The notes: generated by a model from the letters alone, not told the origin. 64,000 bases of DNA from Candidatus Heimdallarchaeota archaeon (GCA_019058275.1 JAHLVW010000094.1:91070-155069); one strand, 5' to 3'; shown: positions 31,976-42,886, numbered from the stretch's first letter. A program made the numbers and translations.

Positions 31976-33347
31976 AAGATTTACTTTTTCTTATTTCATT
32001 CCATTTATCAAGAGCATATGCTCCCCATGCTGCTCTTTTTGGTGTTGGAAAGCTTGGAATATTGTTCTCACGTAGAATCCTAATGGCATTTTCTACTTTC
32101 TTTCCAGCAAGTAAACAACCAATTATGGCGGTGTTGTGCTCTTCATTAGCGATTTTTACTATAAGTTTAGCTACACCATCTACATCTGCATCACCGGGTG
32201 GAACCATAACAACAATGATGGTATCAAATTCACCAGAATGAGCTAATGCTCTAAGAGCTAATTCATATCTTTCGGGATTTGCATCACCTAGTAAATCAAA
32301 AGGATTTTCTCGAGGACAAGCTTCAGGAAGTTCCTTTAATTGTTCACGTAATTTATCTGATGGTTGATTTAATTCGAGATTTAAGAAATCTAAATTATCA
32401 GAAATTAATACTCCAGGTCCACCTGAATTGGTGACAATTGCAACTCTTTTTCCTCCTCGATCTAGATATGTAGATAAAACAGCATAAGTATCAAATGCTT
32501 CATCCAATGATTCAACCCAAATTGCCCCTGTTTGTTTAGCAACGGATTCATAAATTTTAGGATCTCCACCTAATGATGCTGTATGAGTCATTGCTGCCTT
32601 ATTACCAATCGCTGTTCTTCCACCTTTCAAGAAAATCACTGGTTTATGTTTAGTAGCTTCAGTTAAAGATTCAACCAATTTCCTTCCATTTGTTGCGCCT
32701 TCTAAATAGAGAAACAAAACTTTTGTTGGAGAATCCTCTTCTTTTGCTAAATAATTTAGCAATTCCGCTTCTTCTACATCAGATGCATTTCCAAATGAAA
32801 TCCACTTATCTATCCCTAATCCTTCATAAGTAGCTCGTAACATCATGGAACCTGCTAAAGCTCCACTCTGTGAAATTATTGTAAGACCACCTGGAATGTA
32901 GGTATTTTCCATTGCAGCAATCATATTTGTGTGTGTGGAAGCAATTCCCGCACAATTAGGACCTATAACTCTTATATCATGCTTTCTTGAAACTCGAATT
33001 AACTCCTCTTCTAATTCTTTATTGCCTACTTCTGCGAAACCACTGCTAAGAACAATTGCATGATGGATATTTCTTTTCACGCACTTTTCTAGTTCTGCTG
33101 GTACAAACCGAGCAGGTATTGCTATAACTGCCAATTCTGGGTCTTTAGGTAAAGCTTCGATGTTAGGATAACACTTGTGACCAAAAACACTATCACGTTT
33201 TATATTAGTAAAATACAAATCACCTTTGAATTTGCCTTCAAGAAGGTGTTTTGCTAACATTCCACCAATAGAACCAGCTCTTTCTGAGGCACCAATAAGC
33301 ACCAAACTTTTAGGATTAAATAATGGTCTTAAATCTGTTGTAGGCAA
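31974..33347 (-). CDS. acdA: ADP-forming acetate/acyl-CoA ligase alpha subunit
   Basis: LFNPKSLVLIGAS, GPNC, SQSGAL, THTASLGG phospho-His, TNSGGPGV, NPFDL. Confidence 0.9.
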   Translation of the reverse strand: MPTTDLRPLFNPKSLVLIGASERAGSIGGMLAKHLLEGKFKGDLYFTNIKRDSVFGHKCYPNIEALPKDPELAVIAIPARFVPAELEKCVKRNIHHAIVLSSGFAEVGNKELEEELIRVSRKHDIRVIGPNCAGIASTHTNMIAAMENTYIPGGLTIISQSGALAGSMMLRATYEGLGIDKWISFGNASDVEEAELLNYLAKEEDSPTKVLFLYLEGATNGRKLVESLTEATKHKPVIFLKGGRTAIGNKAAMTHTASLGGDPKIYESVAKQTGAIWVESLDEAFDTYAVLSTYLDRGGKRVAIVTNSGGPGVLISDNLDFLNLELNQPSDKLREQLKELPEACPRENPFDLLGDANPERYELALRALAHSGEFDTIIVVMVPPGDADVDGVAKLIVKIANEEHNTAIIGCLLAGKKVENAIRILRENNIPSFPTPKRAAWGAYALDKWNEIRKSKS

Positions 33348-33439
33348 TTTACATTCTCCTGATTTTTCTTGTTGTATTTTTTTCTTGTTTCTTTATAATG
33401 ATTATGATGAAAAGTAACAATACAATTTAATGAACTTCT

Positions 33440-34507
33440 CTACTCGAGAAGCTCATGGAAATTTCTTGCGAAAGCTTCGATTAATTCACATGTTCTTTTA
33501 ATATCTTTCAATTCTAGTAGACTTATCGGACTATGGATATATCTACATGGAACTGATACAACTGCTGATCGTACTCCTGAACGAGTTAATGCAATTCGAC
33601 CGGCATCAGTACCACCATAAGCAGGTTTCTTATATTGCCAAGGAATTTTAAGACCATTTGCTAGTTCTTTTAGTTTCTCTAACATTGGTTTGTCTACAAC
33701 TAAAGATCTATCAGCTATTGTTAGTGCTGGACCATTACCAAGTTTACAGGGACAATCCTTTCCTGCAACTCCGGGTGTATCTGCTGCTGTAGTATTTTCC
33801 AATGCTATTGCCATATCCGGTTTAATAGCATATGCCGCTGTAGTTGCTCCCCTACCGCCAACTTCTTCTGCTGAAGCAAAATTAAACACAATTGTTCCAA
33901 CTGGCTTTTCTTTTGATAGTCTCCTTAGTGTTTCTAATATAACAACGCATCCTGTTCTATCATCAAAAGCTTTTCCAAGAACTCTTCCACCTGTCAATTC
34001 TCTAAATTCTCCATTAAGAGTTCCAGTTGTACCTATTTCTATACCTAGCAAGTTAACTTCTTCTTTTGATGTTGCTCCTATGTCAATAGCAAGTTCATCA
34101 GCTTCGGGTATTTTCATTTCACCACCAGGAGTTAAGTGTGGTGGTTTAATACCAATTACACCAAAAACTGGTGGTTTTGACTCATCATCTGGTACGAAGA
34201 TAACAGTTTGGCCTGGGAAAATCAAATCTACAAAACCACCCAATTTGGCAAAATAGATAAATCCATCTGCAGTTATGTGACGAACCATTAATCCAATTTC
34301 ATCTGTATGGGCATCTAACATTAAAATTGGTCCATCTTTTTTCGTACCTTTTAATGTAACAATAAGGTTGCCAAGAGTGTCAATTTTAACCTCGTCAGCT
34401 ATAGATCCAATTTTCTCTTTAATCATCTTCACAACTCTACTCTCTCGAGAAGGAACACCTACTACTTGGGATAAATCTCGAAGGTCATTTTTCAATTGTT
34501 CAAGCAA
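33440..34507 (-). CDS. M42 family (TET) aminopeptidase
   Basis: AHTDEIG, KAFDDRTG, EEVGGRGA, GGTDAG, RYIHSP. Confidence 0.95.
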   Translation of the reverse strand: MLEQLKNDLRDLSQVVGVPSRESRVVKMIKEKIGSIADEVKIDTLGNLIVTLKGTKKDGPILMLDAHTDEIGLMVRHITADGFIYFAKLGGFVDLIFPGQTVIFVPDDESKPPVFGVIGIKPPHLTPGGEMKIPEADELAIDIGATSKEEVNLLGIEIGTTGTLNGEFRELTGGRVLGKAFDDRTGCVVILETLRRLSKEKPVGTIVFNFASAEEVGGRGATTAAYAIKPDMAIALENTTAADTPGVAGKDCPCKLGNGPALTIADRSLVVDKPMLEKLKELANGLKIPWQYKKPAYGGTDAGRIALTRSGVRSAVVSVPCRYIHSPISLLELKDIKRTCELIEAFARNFHELLE

Positions 34508-34612
34508 AAATAGTCACCATTCTTAAAAGACAAAAACATTTGAACTTAAATATTTGTTAAATTTTAAAAATAAAAAAAGGGAAACAAGAATGTTTCCGGT
34601 TGTTTAGAAATA

Positions 34613-35602
34613 TTATTTCCTTCTTCTAGCAATAACTACAATTGTACCAACGACAATTAATCCACTAATAATAGAAGCATAGTAGAGTAGAACACTTTCT
34701 GTGAAGTATTCTTCATTAACACCGATTATTGGGTCATGAACTAATTTGCTTTCATTTCCATAGTTAGGATAAGTTAGCCAGAGATGTCCAAGACCTTCTT
34801 TATTTCCTGCAGCTCCAGTTGGGGGAGCAGTTATTAAGTCATCAAAGTATGCAGTACCAACATCAACTGTCTCTACGTAAGTGTCATTTTCATCGAAAAC
34901 ATCAGCAGTTTGAGTCCATTCATAAAAAGCAACGACATTGCCATCGAATTCTTCACTTTCAAAGTTCATACGTCTGAGTAAAGTACCATTTTCTAAGGAA
35001 GTACCGTTTCTTAATCGCATAGTGTGTCGTTCTTGAACTTCATCAAGATATGATTGAATGCCTATACCTTGTGCACCTGCAGAGAATTCCCAGTTATTGA
35101 TGATGATGTCAAATTTGATTTCATGAGTAGCATCGATCATAACCTCGGTTCCTTCTATAAGTGTGTCTTCAGTGTAAATGTGCATAACTAAATGAATATC
35201 TGCACCACCTGCAAGTCCTAAAAGACTCAAGGTAATTATGACATGATCAGGATCAGTGTCATTAACATCGCTAACCCAATCTTCTGTGATAAGATTGTAA
35301 AATTTACCACCAACAAGTTCTGTTCTGTCATCAAGAATATCATCATCACCAAAGTATTCTTGAATCTTAACTAATTGGAGTTTATACATTTCATCAGCAT
35401 CAGATTTATTTCCATGCCACCACATAAGATGTCCTTGACTAGGGATTATCTTGACAGTTAATCCATTAGTTTGAACTGTTATTGCGCCTAAATTCTCGCT
35501 AATAGTTACTCCTTCGGATCTAGCAGTTAATTGTGAACCAGCAGATAAGAGGAATAAACTGATTAATGAGATTCCTATTAATGATTTTTTTAATGATTTC
35601 AT
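34613..35602 (-). CDS. Secreted, C-terminally membrane-anchored acidic protein
   Basis: Signal peptide, several NxT/S sequons, C-terminal TM followed by RRRK. Confidence 0.75.
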   Translation of the reverse strand: MKSLKKSLIGISLISLFLLSAGSQLTARSEGVTISENLGAITVQTNGLTVKIIPSQGHLMWWHGNKSDADEMYKLQLVKIQEYFGDDDILDDRTELVGGKFYNLITEDWVSDVNDTDPDHVIITLSLLGLAGGADIHLVMHIYTEDTLIEGTEVMIDATHEIKFDIIINNWEFSAGAQGIGIQSYLDEVQERHTMRLRNGTSLENGTLLRRMNFESEEFDGNVVAFYEWTQTADVFDENDTYVETVDVGTAYFDDLITAPPTGAAGNKEGLGHLWLTYPNYGNESKLVHDPIIGVNEEYFTESVLLYYASIISGLIVVGTIVVIARRRK

Positions 35603-36004
35603 AATATTTTTACCTCCAGGGTAATAGTTTAATTGAAACTTTAAGCAACCAATTCATTGTGGAAGAATGGCTTTCTTCTCTGTGCATTCTTTTTAGCAAC
35701 ACATAAAAGGTGCTCATTGTTTACTGAAACTAGTATAGAACACAGTTGATTTTTAATAATCTCAAACAATGGTTGAGCAAGTGTATGTGAAGGTTCAAAA
35801 TAGGTTTAGAATACGTTTACAAAAGTGATTTTGAACAGTTTTCCAACTGAAAGGAGCTATTTTCTACTATTTTGAATGGAAATTCATTGTAAAATGGGCT
35901 GTTTTTTCTTAAGAATATAATTCATTCATAAGCTATTGAACGTTCAAGATTCTCAGAAAGAATAATAAATTAATTATACTACTCTAATAATGGAGTAACC
36001 TACT

Positions 36005-37483
36005 ATGCGAGATCTCACAGAAAAAGCATTAGAGACTTGCAGCAAGGAAGGAACTTCGTATGCAGACATACGAATAGTGACAATCAAAGACGAAGACATT
36101 TCCATCAAGAGGGGGAACATTCAAGCATTAAATATTACCAATATCAAAGGATTTGGAATAAGAACAATAGCTAATGGTGGACTTGGATTCGCAGGATCGT
36201 ACTTAGTTACCCCTGAGGAAATTGAAAGGGTAGCGAAACTTGCTGTAAGAATAGGAAAGGCTTCAGGAGCAACGCGAAAGAAGCCAATAGAATTTGTTGA
36301 TGTAAAAGCAGTGGAAGACAGCTACAAAACTCCAATCAAGAAGGATCCGTTCTCTATTCCAACAGAGGAAAAAATCGAAATTTTGGTTGAAGTGGATAAG
36401 AGGTTGAGAGAATTCAATCCTGATGTCATTAAATTGACTCAATCAGATTATCGAGGACATCAAGAAGACAAAATTTTCGCAAGCACAGAAGGAGCTTATA
36501 TAACTCAACAAATAACCTTTGCTGGAGGAGGATTTTCCTGCACAGCAATAAGCCCTGGAACACAACCACAAAGAAGATCATTCCCAGGATCTTTTAGAGG
36601 AAACTTCTCATCACAAGGATACGAGTATTTTGAAAGCTTGAATCTCCTTGAGAATGTTGAAAAAACAGCTAAGGAAGCAATTGCTTTAACAGAAGCAAAA
36701 GCATGCCCAACAGAGAAAACAACTCTTCTAATAGATGGACATCAATTGATGTTGCAGATCCATGAAAGTTGTGGACATCCTACAGAACTAGATCGAGTTT
36801 TAGGAACAGAAGCAGCATTCGCTGGAACTAGCTTCATGACTCCAGATCTTCTTGGGAAGCTACAATATGGCAGTGAACATGTCAACTTTGTAGCAGATTC
36901 AACATCACCAACTGGTTTAGGAACATATGGTTATGATGATGAAGGAGTTAAAGCTAAAAAAGTTGCCCTAGTAAGAAAAGGTCTATTTGTTGGATATCAG
37001 AGTTCAAGAGAGACAGCAGCAATAATAGGGTTAGAAGAAAGCTCAGCATGTATGCGAGCAGATAATCCTCAAAAACTGCCACTGGTGAGAATGGTCAACA
37101 TTAACCTCGAACCAGGAGATTGGAAAAGAGACGAAGTAATTGCTGATACGAAGAAAGGAATTCTCATGTCAACAAACAAAAGTTGGAGCATTGATGATAA
37201 ACGATTAAACTTCCAATTTGGTACAGAAATTGCTTGGGAAATTGTTAATGGAGAAATAGGAAACATAGTGAAAAGTCCAACTTATACGGGCATCACTCCC
37301 GAATTCTGGGGAAGTATGGATGCTCACTCAAAGGATGACTGGAAATTGTTAGGCACACCTAACTGCGGTAAAGGTCAACCAGGTCAAGTTATGTATGTTG
37401 GTCATGGTTGTGGAACAGCTAGGTTCCATAACGTTCGAGTAGGTATAACAAAGGAGGCTACAGCAACCGATGGAGTTCAATAA
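36005..37483 (+). CDS. tldD: TldD/PmbA family metalloprotease, catalytic subunit
   Basis: HESCGHPTELDR, YDDEGV, RMVN, CGKGQ. Confidence 0.93.
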   Translation: MRDLTEKALETCSKEGTSYADIRIVTIKDEDISIKRGNIQALNITNIKGFGIRTIANGGLGFAGSYLVTPEEIERVAKLAVRIGKASGATRKKPIEFVDVKAVEDSYKTPIKKDPFSIPTEEKIEILVEVDKRLREFNPDVIKLTQSDYRGHQEDKIFASTEGAYITQQITFAGGGFSCTAISPGTQPQRRSFPGSFRGNFSSQGYEYFESLNLLENVEKTAKEAIALTEAKACPTEKTTLLIDGHQLMLQIHESCGHPTELDRVLGTEAAFAGTSFMTPDLLGKLQYGSEHVNFVADSTSPTGLGTYGYDDEGVKAKKVALVRKGLFVGYQSSRETAAIIGLEESSACMRADNPQKLPLVRMVNINLEPGDWKRDEVIADTKKGILMSTNKSWSIDDKRLNFQFGTEIAWEIVNGEIGNIVKSPTYTGITPEFWGSMDAHSKDDWKLLGTPNCGKGQPGQVMYVGHGCGTARFHNVRVGITKEATATDGVQ

Positions 37484-38846
37484 GGAGTTTTTATTAGAAA
37501 AATGTCAGTTTATCTTGAAAGAAGCTGAAAAATTAGGCGCAACACAAACTGAAGTTACTATTTCATTAAGAAATTCTGCTTTAACACGTTTAGCAAATAG
37601 TATCATTGATCAAAACGTCGCAGAACACCATGCAAATGTTCAAACTATTGTCTACATTGGAAAGAAGAAAGGTTCTATTAATGTAGAAGTACTTGATAAT
37701 GATTCAATTAAGCAAGCTATTGAACATGCTGCTAAAATAGCTAAAATCTCCCCTGAGAATAAGGATTTCAAATCGCTTCCTGGTCCACAAAAATATTCTA
37801 CCGAATTATCACTAGATGATTTAGTTTCAAAAAATACCTTAAATGCTACTCCCGAACAAAGAGCTGAATTCGCTACATTAGCTATTGATTCTGCTCATGC
37901 TATTGATAAAAGAGTCAATGCTGTTGCTGGTGCTATTTCTCATATTGCTTTTGAAAATCTTATAATGAATTCACTTGGTGTTGAAGCCTACGAGAAGGGC
38001 ACATTAAGTAATGTCAACCTTACTGTGCTTGCTGAAGATGGCAAAGAACAAACAGCTGGTTGGTCTGCAGACAATCGTAAAGATTTTACTGAGCTTCACA
38101 TACAAGAAGTTGCTGAAAAAGCTGCTCGGAAAGCTGCTGATGGTTTTGGCATGAAATACATTGAACCTGGTGAATATGAAGTCATTCTCGAACCAGCTGC
38201 TGTTGGTGGTTTAATGTTCTTTATGAGCTATTTCGGTTTTAGTGCTATGATGTACCAAGATTACATTAGTTTCCTTAGAGATAAAATCGGTGATAAACTC
38301 TTCTCTGAAAAGTTGAGCTTATGGGATGATGCTTTTGATAAACGTCTTGTTTATCAATCTCTCTTTGATGACGAAGGTTTTCCAAAATCAAAACTTGAGA
38401 TGATTACCAAAGGTGTTGTTAAGAATCTTGCCTATGATACTCTTACTGCAGACAAAGATGGTGTTAAGAGTACAGGTCATAACGCTAAATTCAGAGGACG
38501 ATCTATGCCATTCCCAGGTCAATTGCTCATTGGTGATGGAAATTCAAACCTTGAAGAAATGATTGCAGAAACTAAGAACGGTATTCTAGTGACACACTTC
38601 CACTATCAAAATGCTGTTAATCCAACTAAAGGTATTTTCACTGGATTAACAAGAGATGGTGCTTGGTATGTTAAGAATGGAGAAATTCAGTATCCATTAA
38701 GAACGTTGAGATACACTGATAGTGTTCTAAAATTCCTTGCCAACATTGATCTTATTGGTAAATATATGGATTTGAATGACACTCAAGCAAAAGTTCCTCC
38801 AATGAAACTACCTGCATTCACTATATCCGGTTCTCAAAAAGAATAA
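37470..38846 (+). CDS. TldD/PmbA family protein, TldE/PmbA-like partner
   Basis: TRLANS, FDDEG, TGH, TGLTRDG; lacks HExxGH; overlaps tldD stop. Confidence 0.88.
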   Translation: MEFNKEFLLEKCQFILKEAEKLGATQTEVTISLRNSALTRLANSIIDQNVAEHHANVQTIVYIGKKKGSINVEVLDNDSIKQAIEHAAKIAKISPENKDFKSLPGPQKYSTELSLDDLVSKNTLNATPEQRAEFATLAIDSAHAIDKRVNAVAGAISHIAFENLIMNSLGVEAYEKGTLSNVNLTVLAEDGKEQTAGWSADNRKDFTELHIQEVAEKAARKAADGFGMKYIEPGEYEVILEPAAVGGLMFFMSYFGFSAMMYQDYISFLRDKIGDKLFSEKLSLWDDAFDKRLVYQSLFDDEGFPKSKLEMITKGVVKNLAYDTLTADKDGVKSTGHNAKFRGRSMPFPGQLLIGDGNSNLEEMIAETKNGILVTHFHYQNAVNPTKGIFTGLTRDGAWYVKNGEIQYPLRTLRYTDSVLKFLANIDLIGKYMDLNDTQAKVPPMKLPAFTISGSQKE

Positions 38847-38884
38847 ATTATAGGGATGTCTCCCTATAATCCTCTTTTTTTTTA
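38847..38884 (+). terminator. Hairpin plus U-tract terminator
   Basis: ATTATAGGGA-TGTC-TCCCTATAAT 10-bp stem followed by CCTC and a long T run. Confidence 0.75.
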
Positions 38885-39913
38885 TTACTTCTCTCTTTTT
38901 AGGTTTATTTCGAATTGAGCTAGGGATTTAGGTACCTTCTCTTTTTCAGTTACTTTTGCAAATTCCAATCCAATAACACCATTCAGTATTTCTCGTTTCT
39001 CTTCTTTAGAGAGCATGTAAATGTATCTTCCTTTGGGTATCTTTTTGGTAATTTCCTCAAAAACCTCATCAGGATGGTGTTGATCATATGGTCCATGGAA
39101 AAGAAAAATTTCTTCTTCAATCTTTGGCAATTCGCTCTTCATGTTAAATTTAACATTCTGTAGACTTGATTTACGCCATTTCCAAGGAGTAGAACCTTTA
39201 ACGAAGTCGATTACTCTTTCTTTTTGTGCTTGGTTTTTCATACCTGCTAGAACTATGTTAGCTAATACCAATCTCAAAATTCCATAAACAAAAGCAGGTA
39301 CAACAACCATTGTTTGTATCCATTTCTTATAAAAAGCCCATTCACTAAAAGGATCAAAAACAACTATCGTTGGTGCATTGAGTGTTTTATCAATTAATCC
39401 TTGAAGAATTATACCACCACAGTAGCTTGCTCATAAGAGCACGAAATCTTGTTTATCTAATCCAAGATATTCTATTGCAAGACCAATATCCTTTGCAGTT
39501 CGTTTAATTGTGAGATCTGCTTTAAATCGTTTTTTTATTTTACTTGATGCTTTCTCTCGAGTTTCTAGAAAGTAATATTCTCCCTTTTCATGTAATGGTA
39601 AAGCAAAATCCTTCCATGACCATAATGTCGAATTAAAACCTAGAGCAAACAGTATTGGTCGTTTAGTTATTGGATTTTTAGGTTTATGGTGAAAGACCTG
39701 TATTTCATTATCTTTTACAGGAATATAAAATGAATCACATATACCTTCTTCGTAAAAATCAGGTACTTCCCTTTCGTTTACTTTGATTAATTCCTCAATT
39801 TTCTTTAATTGCTCTTCTGTGACTTTGCTTTCCCTATAAGATGTGTTCATAATAATTCTATCTCCTGCCATCAATGAGATTTTGTGGTTAATCTTTATAT
39901 ATAGGAATTTCAA
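38885..39913 (-). pseudogene. Alpha/beta hydrolase paralog 4, interrupted by in-frame TGA (39431-39433)
   Basis: DFVLL*ASYCGG reads in frame into ORF 38885-39310; the paralog has DHVLYGASYGG. Confidence 0.78.
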
Positions 39914-40871
39914 AAGATTTCAAACTTTCGGGCAATCCATCAGTTTTAGTTTTCATGGCAAATTCAGTAGCAATAACTCCTGCCAAAAGCTCACGATCTT
40001 CATCTTTAGTTTCCATAAAGATAAATCGACCCTTTGGTATTGCTTTTGCAAAATTGTAGTAATCAATTCTTGGATGATACTTATCTAATGGACCATGACA
40101 AATGAACAGTTCTGACTTAATCTCTGATAAATCATTAGAGATATCAAATTTCTTGTTTTGAAAGAAGCTCTGCTTAAACTTCCAAGGTTCAGCTCCTTGT
40201 AGAAATGCAACCAATCTATCTTTTTGTGCTTGATTTTCCATTCTTGCTAAGGAAATTTTAGCAAAAATAGTTCTCATTGGTGATAATATGAAAAGAGGAA
40301 CAATTCGCATCATTACATTTGAAAAGAAATTTCCATAAACCCATTTTGTAACGGGATCAAATGTTACAACAGTTGGTGGTTCTATTAATTGTTGAATTAA
40401 AGATTGAAAAATAACTGCACCACCATAACTGGCTCCATATAATACATGGTCTCTTTTGCTTAAACCGAGATAATCTATAACCTCAGGTAAATCTCTTGCA
40501 GATTGTTCTATATCTAAACTTACTTTTCTATTTCGCTTTATTTTACTTGAAGCCTTCTCTCGTGTATCAACATAGAAGTATTCACCGATACCATGATGAG
40601 GTACATGGAAATCTTTCCAAGTAAATGGTGCTGCTACATAACCGGGGAGGAAGACTATTGGTCTTTTAGTTAGACTCTTTTCTGGTTTATGGTAAAAGAC
40701 TCTCAATTCACCATCTTTTATAGGTATATATATTACTTCATTCACTCCTTCTTCACAAAACATAGGCACGTCTCTTCTACCTTTGTCAAGGTAAGTGTTT
40801 ATCGACTGTTTTTGTTCAGTGGTAAGATTGAATATCTGGTTGTTATTTTCGGACATAATGCAAATCTCCAA
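39888..40871 (-). CDS. Alpha/beta hydrolase fold protein, paralog 3
   Basis: PIVFLPG oxyanion loop, GASYG elbow, HGPLDKYHP. Confidence 0.82.
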   Translation of the reverse strand: MEICIMSENNNQIFNLTTEQKQSINTYLDKGRRDVPMFCEEGVNEVIYIPIKDGELRVFYHKPEKSLTKRPIVFLPGYVAAPFTWKDFHVPHHGIGEYFYVDTREKASSKIKRNRKVSLDIEQSARDLPEVIDYLGLSKRDHVLYGASYGGAVIFQSLIQQLIEPPTVVTFDPVTKWVYGNFFSNVMMRIVPLFILSPMRTIFAKISLARMENQAQKDRLVAFLQGAEPWKFKQSFFQNKKFDISNDLSEIKSELFICHGPLDKYHPRIDYYNFAKAIPKGRFIFMETKDEDRELLAGVIATEFAMKTKTDGLPESLKSFEIPIYKD

Positions 40872-40879
40872 TTTGGTTA

Positions 40880-41845
40880 TTATTCTCTTTGAATTTCGAT
40901 TTCGAATTTTTCAAAGAACTCTGGCAGTCCTTCCTCTTTAGTGTTCATAGCAAATTCCTTGGCAATAGCGCCTGCCAATAACTCACGATTCTCATCTTTA
41001 GTGTTCATGAAGAAAAACCTGCCTCTAGGGATCATCCTTGAGACTTTGTAGTAAATTTCCCTTGGATGGTACTTATCCTTTGGTCCATGAAAAAGAAAGA
41101 CTTGGTTTTTAATTTCGTTTAAGTGAGGATAAAGATTAAAACTAGTATTTTGTAAAAGTGTTTTACGCCATTTCCAAGCAACAGCCTCATTAACAACTTC
41201 TGTATTCCTTTCCTTCTGTGATTGATTCTTCATATTTGCCATAACGATTTTTCCAAGAAGTCTTTTAAGAATTTCTAAGACAAAGGGTGGTGTCAAACCA
41301 AAGAAAATTTTAACTATGAACTTATGATGGACATATTTCGGAAAGGGATCAAAAGCAATTGTTGTACCTGCATTGTAGTATTTACTAACTAATCCCTGCA
41401 ATAAAACTCCACCACACCAACTGGCACTCATTAGAATGTAATCTCTCTTATCTATATTCAAATGCTTTATAACATCCCCAACATCTTTTGCCATTTGATC
41501 AATAGTGAATTTTACCTTTCTTCCTCTTTGGATTTTGCTGGATTTCTTTTCTCGAGTGTCAATAATGTAATATTCACCTGTATCATGTGAAGGAATACTA
41601 TAGAATCGCCAAGCCCAGGGTGGATTGCCAAATCCTGGAAAGAATACAATAGGTCTTTTGAATTTGTTATCTTCTGGTACATGGTGAAAGACTCTTAGCT
41701 CACCATCATCTACTGGAACATATAGTACTTCAGATTCACCTTCTTCGTAAAAAAACGGAACATCTCTTCTTGCTTTTTCAACAAAATTCTCTATTGCGTT
41801 TTTCTGTTCTGTATTTAATTGAAACATTTGTTTTAGATCTGCCAT
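40880..41845 (-). CDS. Alpha/beta hydrolase fold protein, paralog 2
   Basis: PIVFFPGF, SASWC elbow, HGPKDKYHP. Confidence 0.82.
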   Translation of the reverse strand: MADLKQMFQLNTEQKNAIENFVEKARRDVPFFYEEGESEVLYVPVDDGELRVFHHVPEDNKFKRPIVFFPGFGNPPWAWRFYSIPSHDTGEYYIIDTREKKSSKIQRGRKVKFTIDQMAKDVGDVIKHLNIDKRDYILMSASWCGGVLLQGLVSKYYNAGTTIAFDPFPKYVHHKFIVKIFFGLTPPFVLEILKRLLGKIVMANMKNQSQKERNTEVVNEAVAWKWRKTLLQNTSFNLYPHLNEIKNQVFLFHGPKDKYHPREIYYKVSRMIPRGRFFFMNTKDENRELLAGAIAKEFAMNTKEEGLPEFFEKFEIEIQRE

Positions 41846-41887
41846 TTATTGCACCGAATTCCCAAGACTTTATAATATATCAGCTTT

Positions 41888-42886
41888 TTAGATTTTTGGA
41901 GAAATTGGAGCATTTCTTTTCAGCTTAATTTCATAAAGTTCTAATTCAGGAGGAATGCCATCTTCCTTTGTTTTATAAGCGAATGAAGTTCCAATAGCAC
42001 CAGCTAAGTACTCTCTATTCTCATTTGCTGTATTCATATAAAAAAATCTGCCATTAGGTATGCTTCTAGCAATATTTTGGAAAGTTCCTTCTGGATGATA
42101 TTTGTCTTTTGGACCATGAAAAACAAAAACTTGATCTTTTATTTCACGCAAATTCTTGGTTAGATTATAATTAATATTTTGTAAGCTAAATTTCCTCCAA
42201 ATCCATGGTACAGCAGCATCAATAGTATCCATGTTACGTTCTTTTTGTGCTTCATTCTTCATATTTGCCATAACTACCTTACCTATTAGGAATTTAATAG
42301 CTCCTAGTACTGCTGGAGGTAAAACAGGCATTACTATTCGAACAAGTGCTCGATTTTGCTTCCATTCTACAAAAGGATCAAAAACAATTGCTGTTGGAGG
42401 TTTGAAGTATCCTTTTATTAATCCTTGAAGAATTGCTCCTCCAGTCATACATGCAGCCATTAGAACATAATCACGTTTATCTAATCCAGTAAATTTTATC
42501 ACTTCAGCAATATCTTTCGCAATCTGATCAACTGTGAAATTTACTTTCCTATGTCGTCTTATTCTATTTGATTTCTTATCACGAGTCTCGAGATGATAAT
42601 ATTCTGCATATCCGTGATGAGTGTGATGGAACTGCCTCCAAGTCCAAGGAGTTGTTCCAAATCCTGGAATGAAAAGAATAGGCCTTTTAGTAAGTATTTT
42701 TTTGGGTTTGTGATGGAAAACTCTGATTTCACCATCTTCAACAGGCACGTGAAAAATCTCTGATTCACCCTCATCATAAAAATTGGGGGTGTCTCTTTTG
42801 TGCTTCAGTATTAATTCCTCTACTTTCTGCACTTGAATAGATGTAATTTTAAATTCATTTTCTGATATGGTCACAATAAACACCAT
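41888..42886 (-). CDS. Alpha/beta hydrolase fold protein, paralog 1
   Basis: PILFIPGF, AACMT elbow, HGPKDKYHP. Confidence 0.82.
   Translation of the reverse strand: MVFIVTISENEFKITSIQVQKVEELILKHKRDTPNFYDEGESEIFHVPVEDGEIRVFHHKPKKILTKRPILFIPGFGTTPWTWRQFHHTHHGYAEYYHLETRDKKSNRIRRHRKVNFTVDQIAKDIAEVIKFTGLDKRDYVLMAACMTGGAILQGLIKGYFKPPTAIVFDPFVEWKQNRALVRIVMPVLPPAVLGAIKFLIGKVVMANMKNEAQKERNMDTIDAAVPWIWRKFSLQNINYNLTKNLREIKDQVFVFHGPKDKYHPEGTFQNIARSIPNGRFFYMNTANENREYLAGAIGTSFAYKTKEDGIPPELELYEIKLKRNAPISPKI

Noticed and set aside
39431-39433. TGA recoded as Gly or Sec in the hydrolase elbow
   Set aside because: TGA terminates ordinary genes here (e.g. 10523, 14232), all three stop types occur as lesions, and a GGA-to-TGA change is simpler
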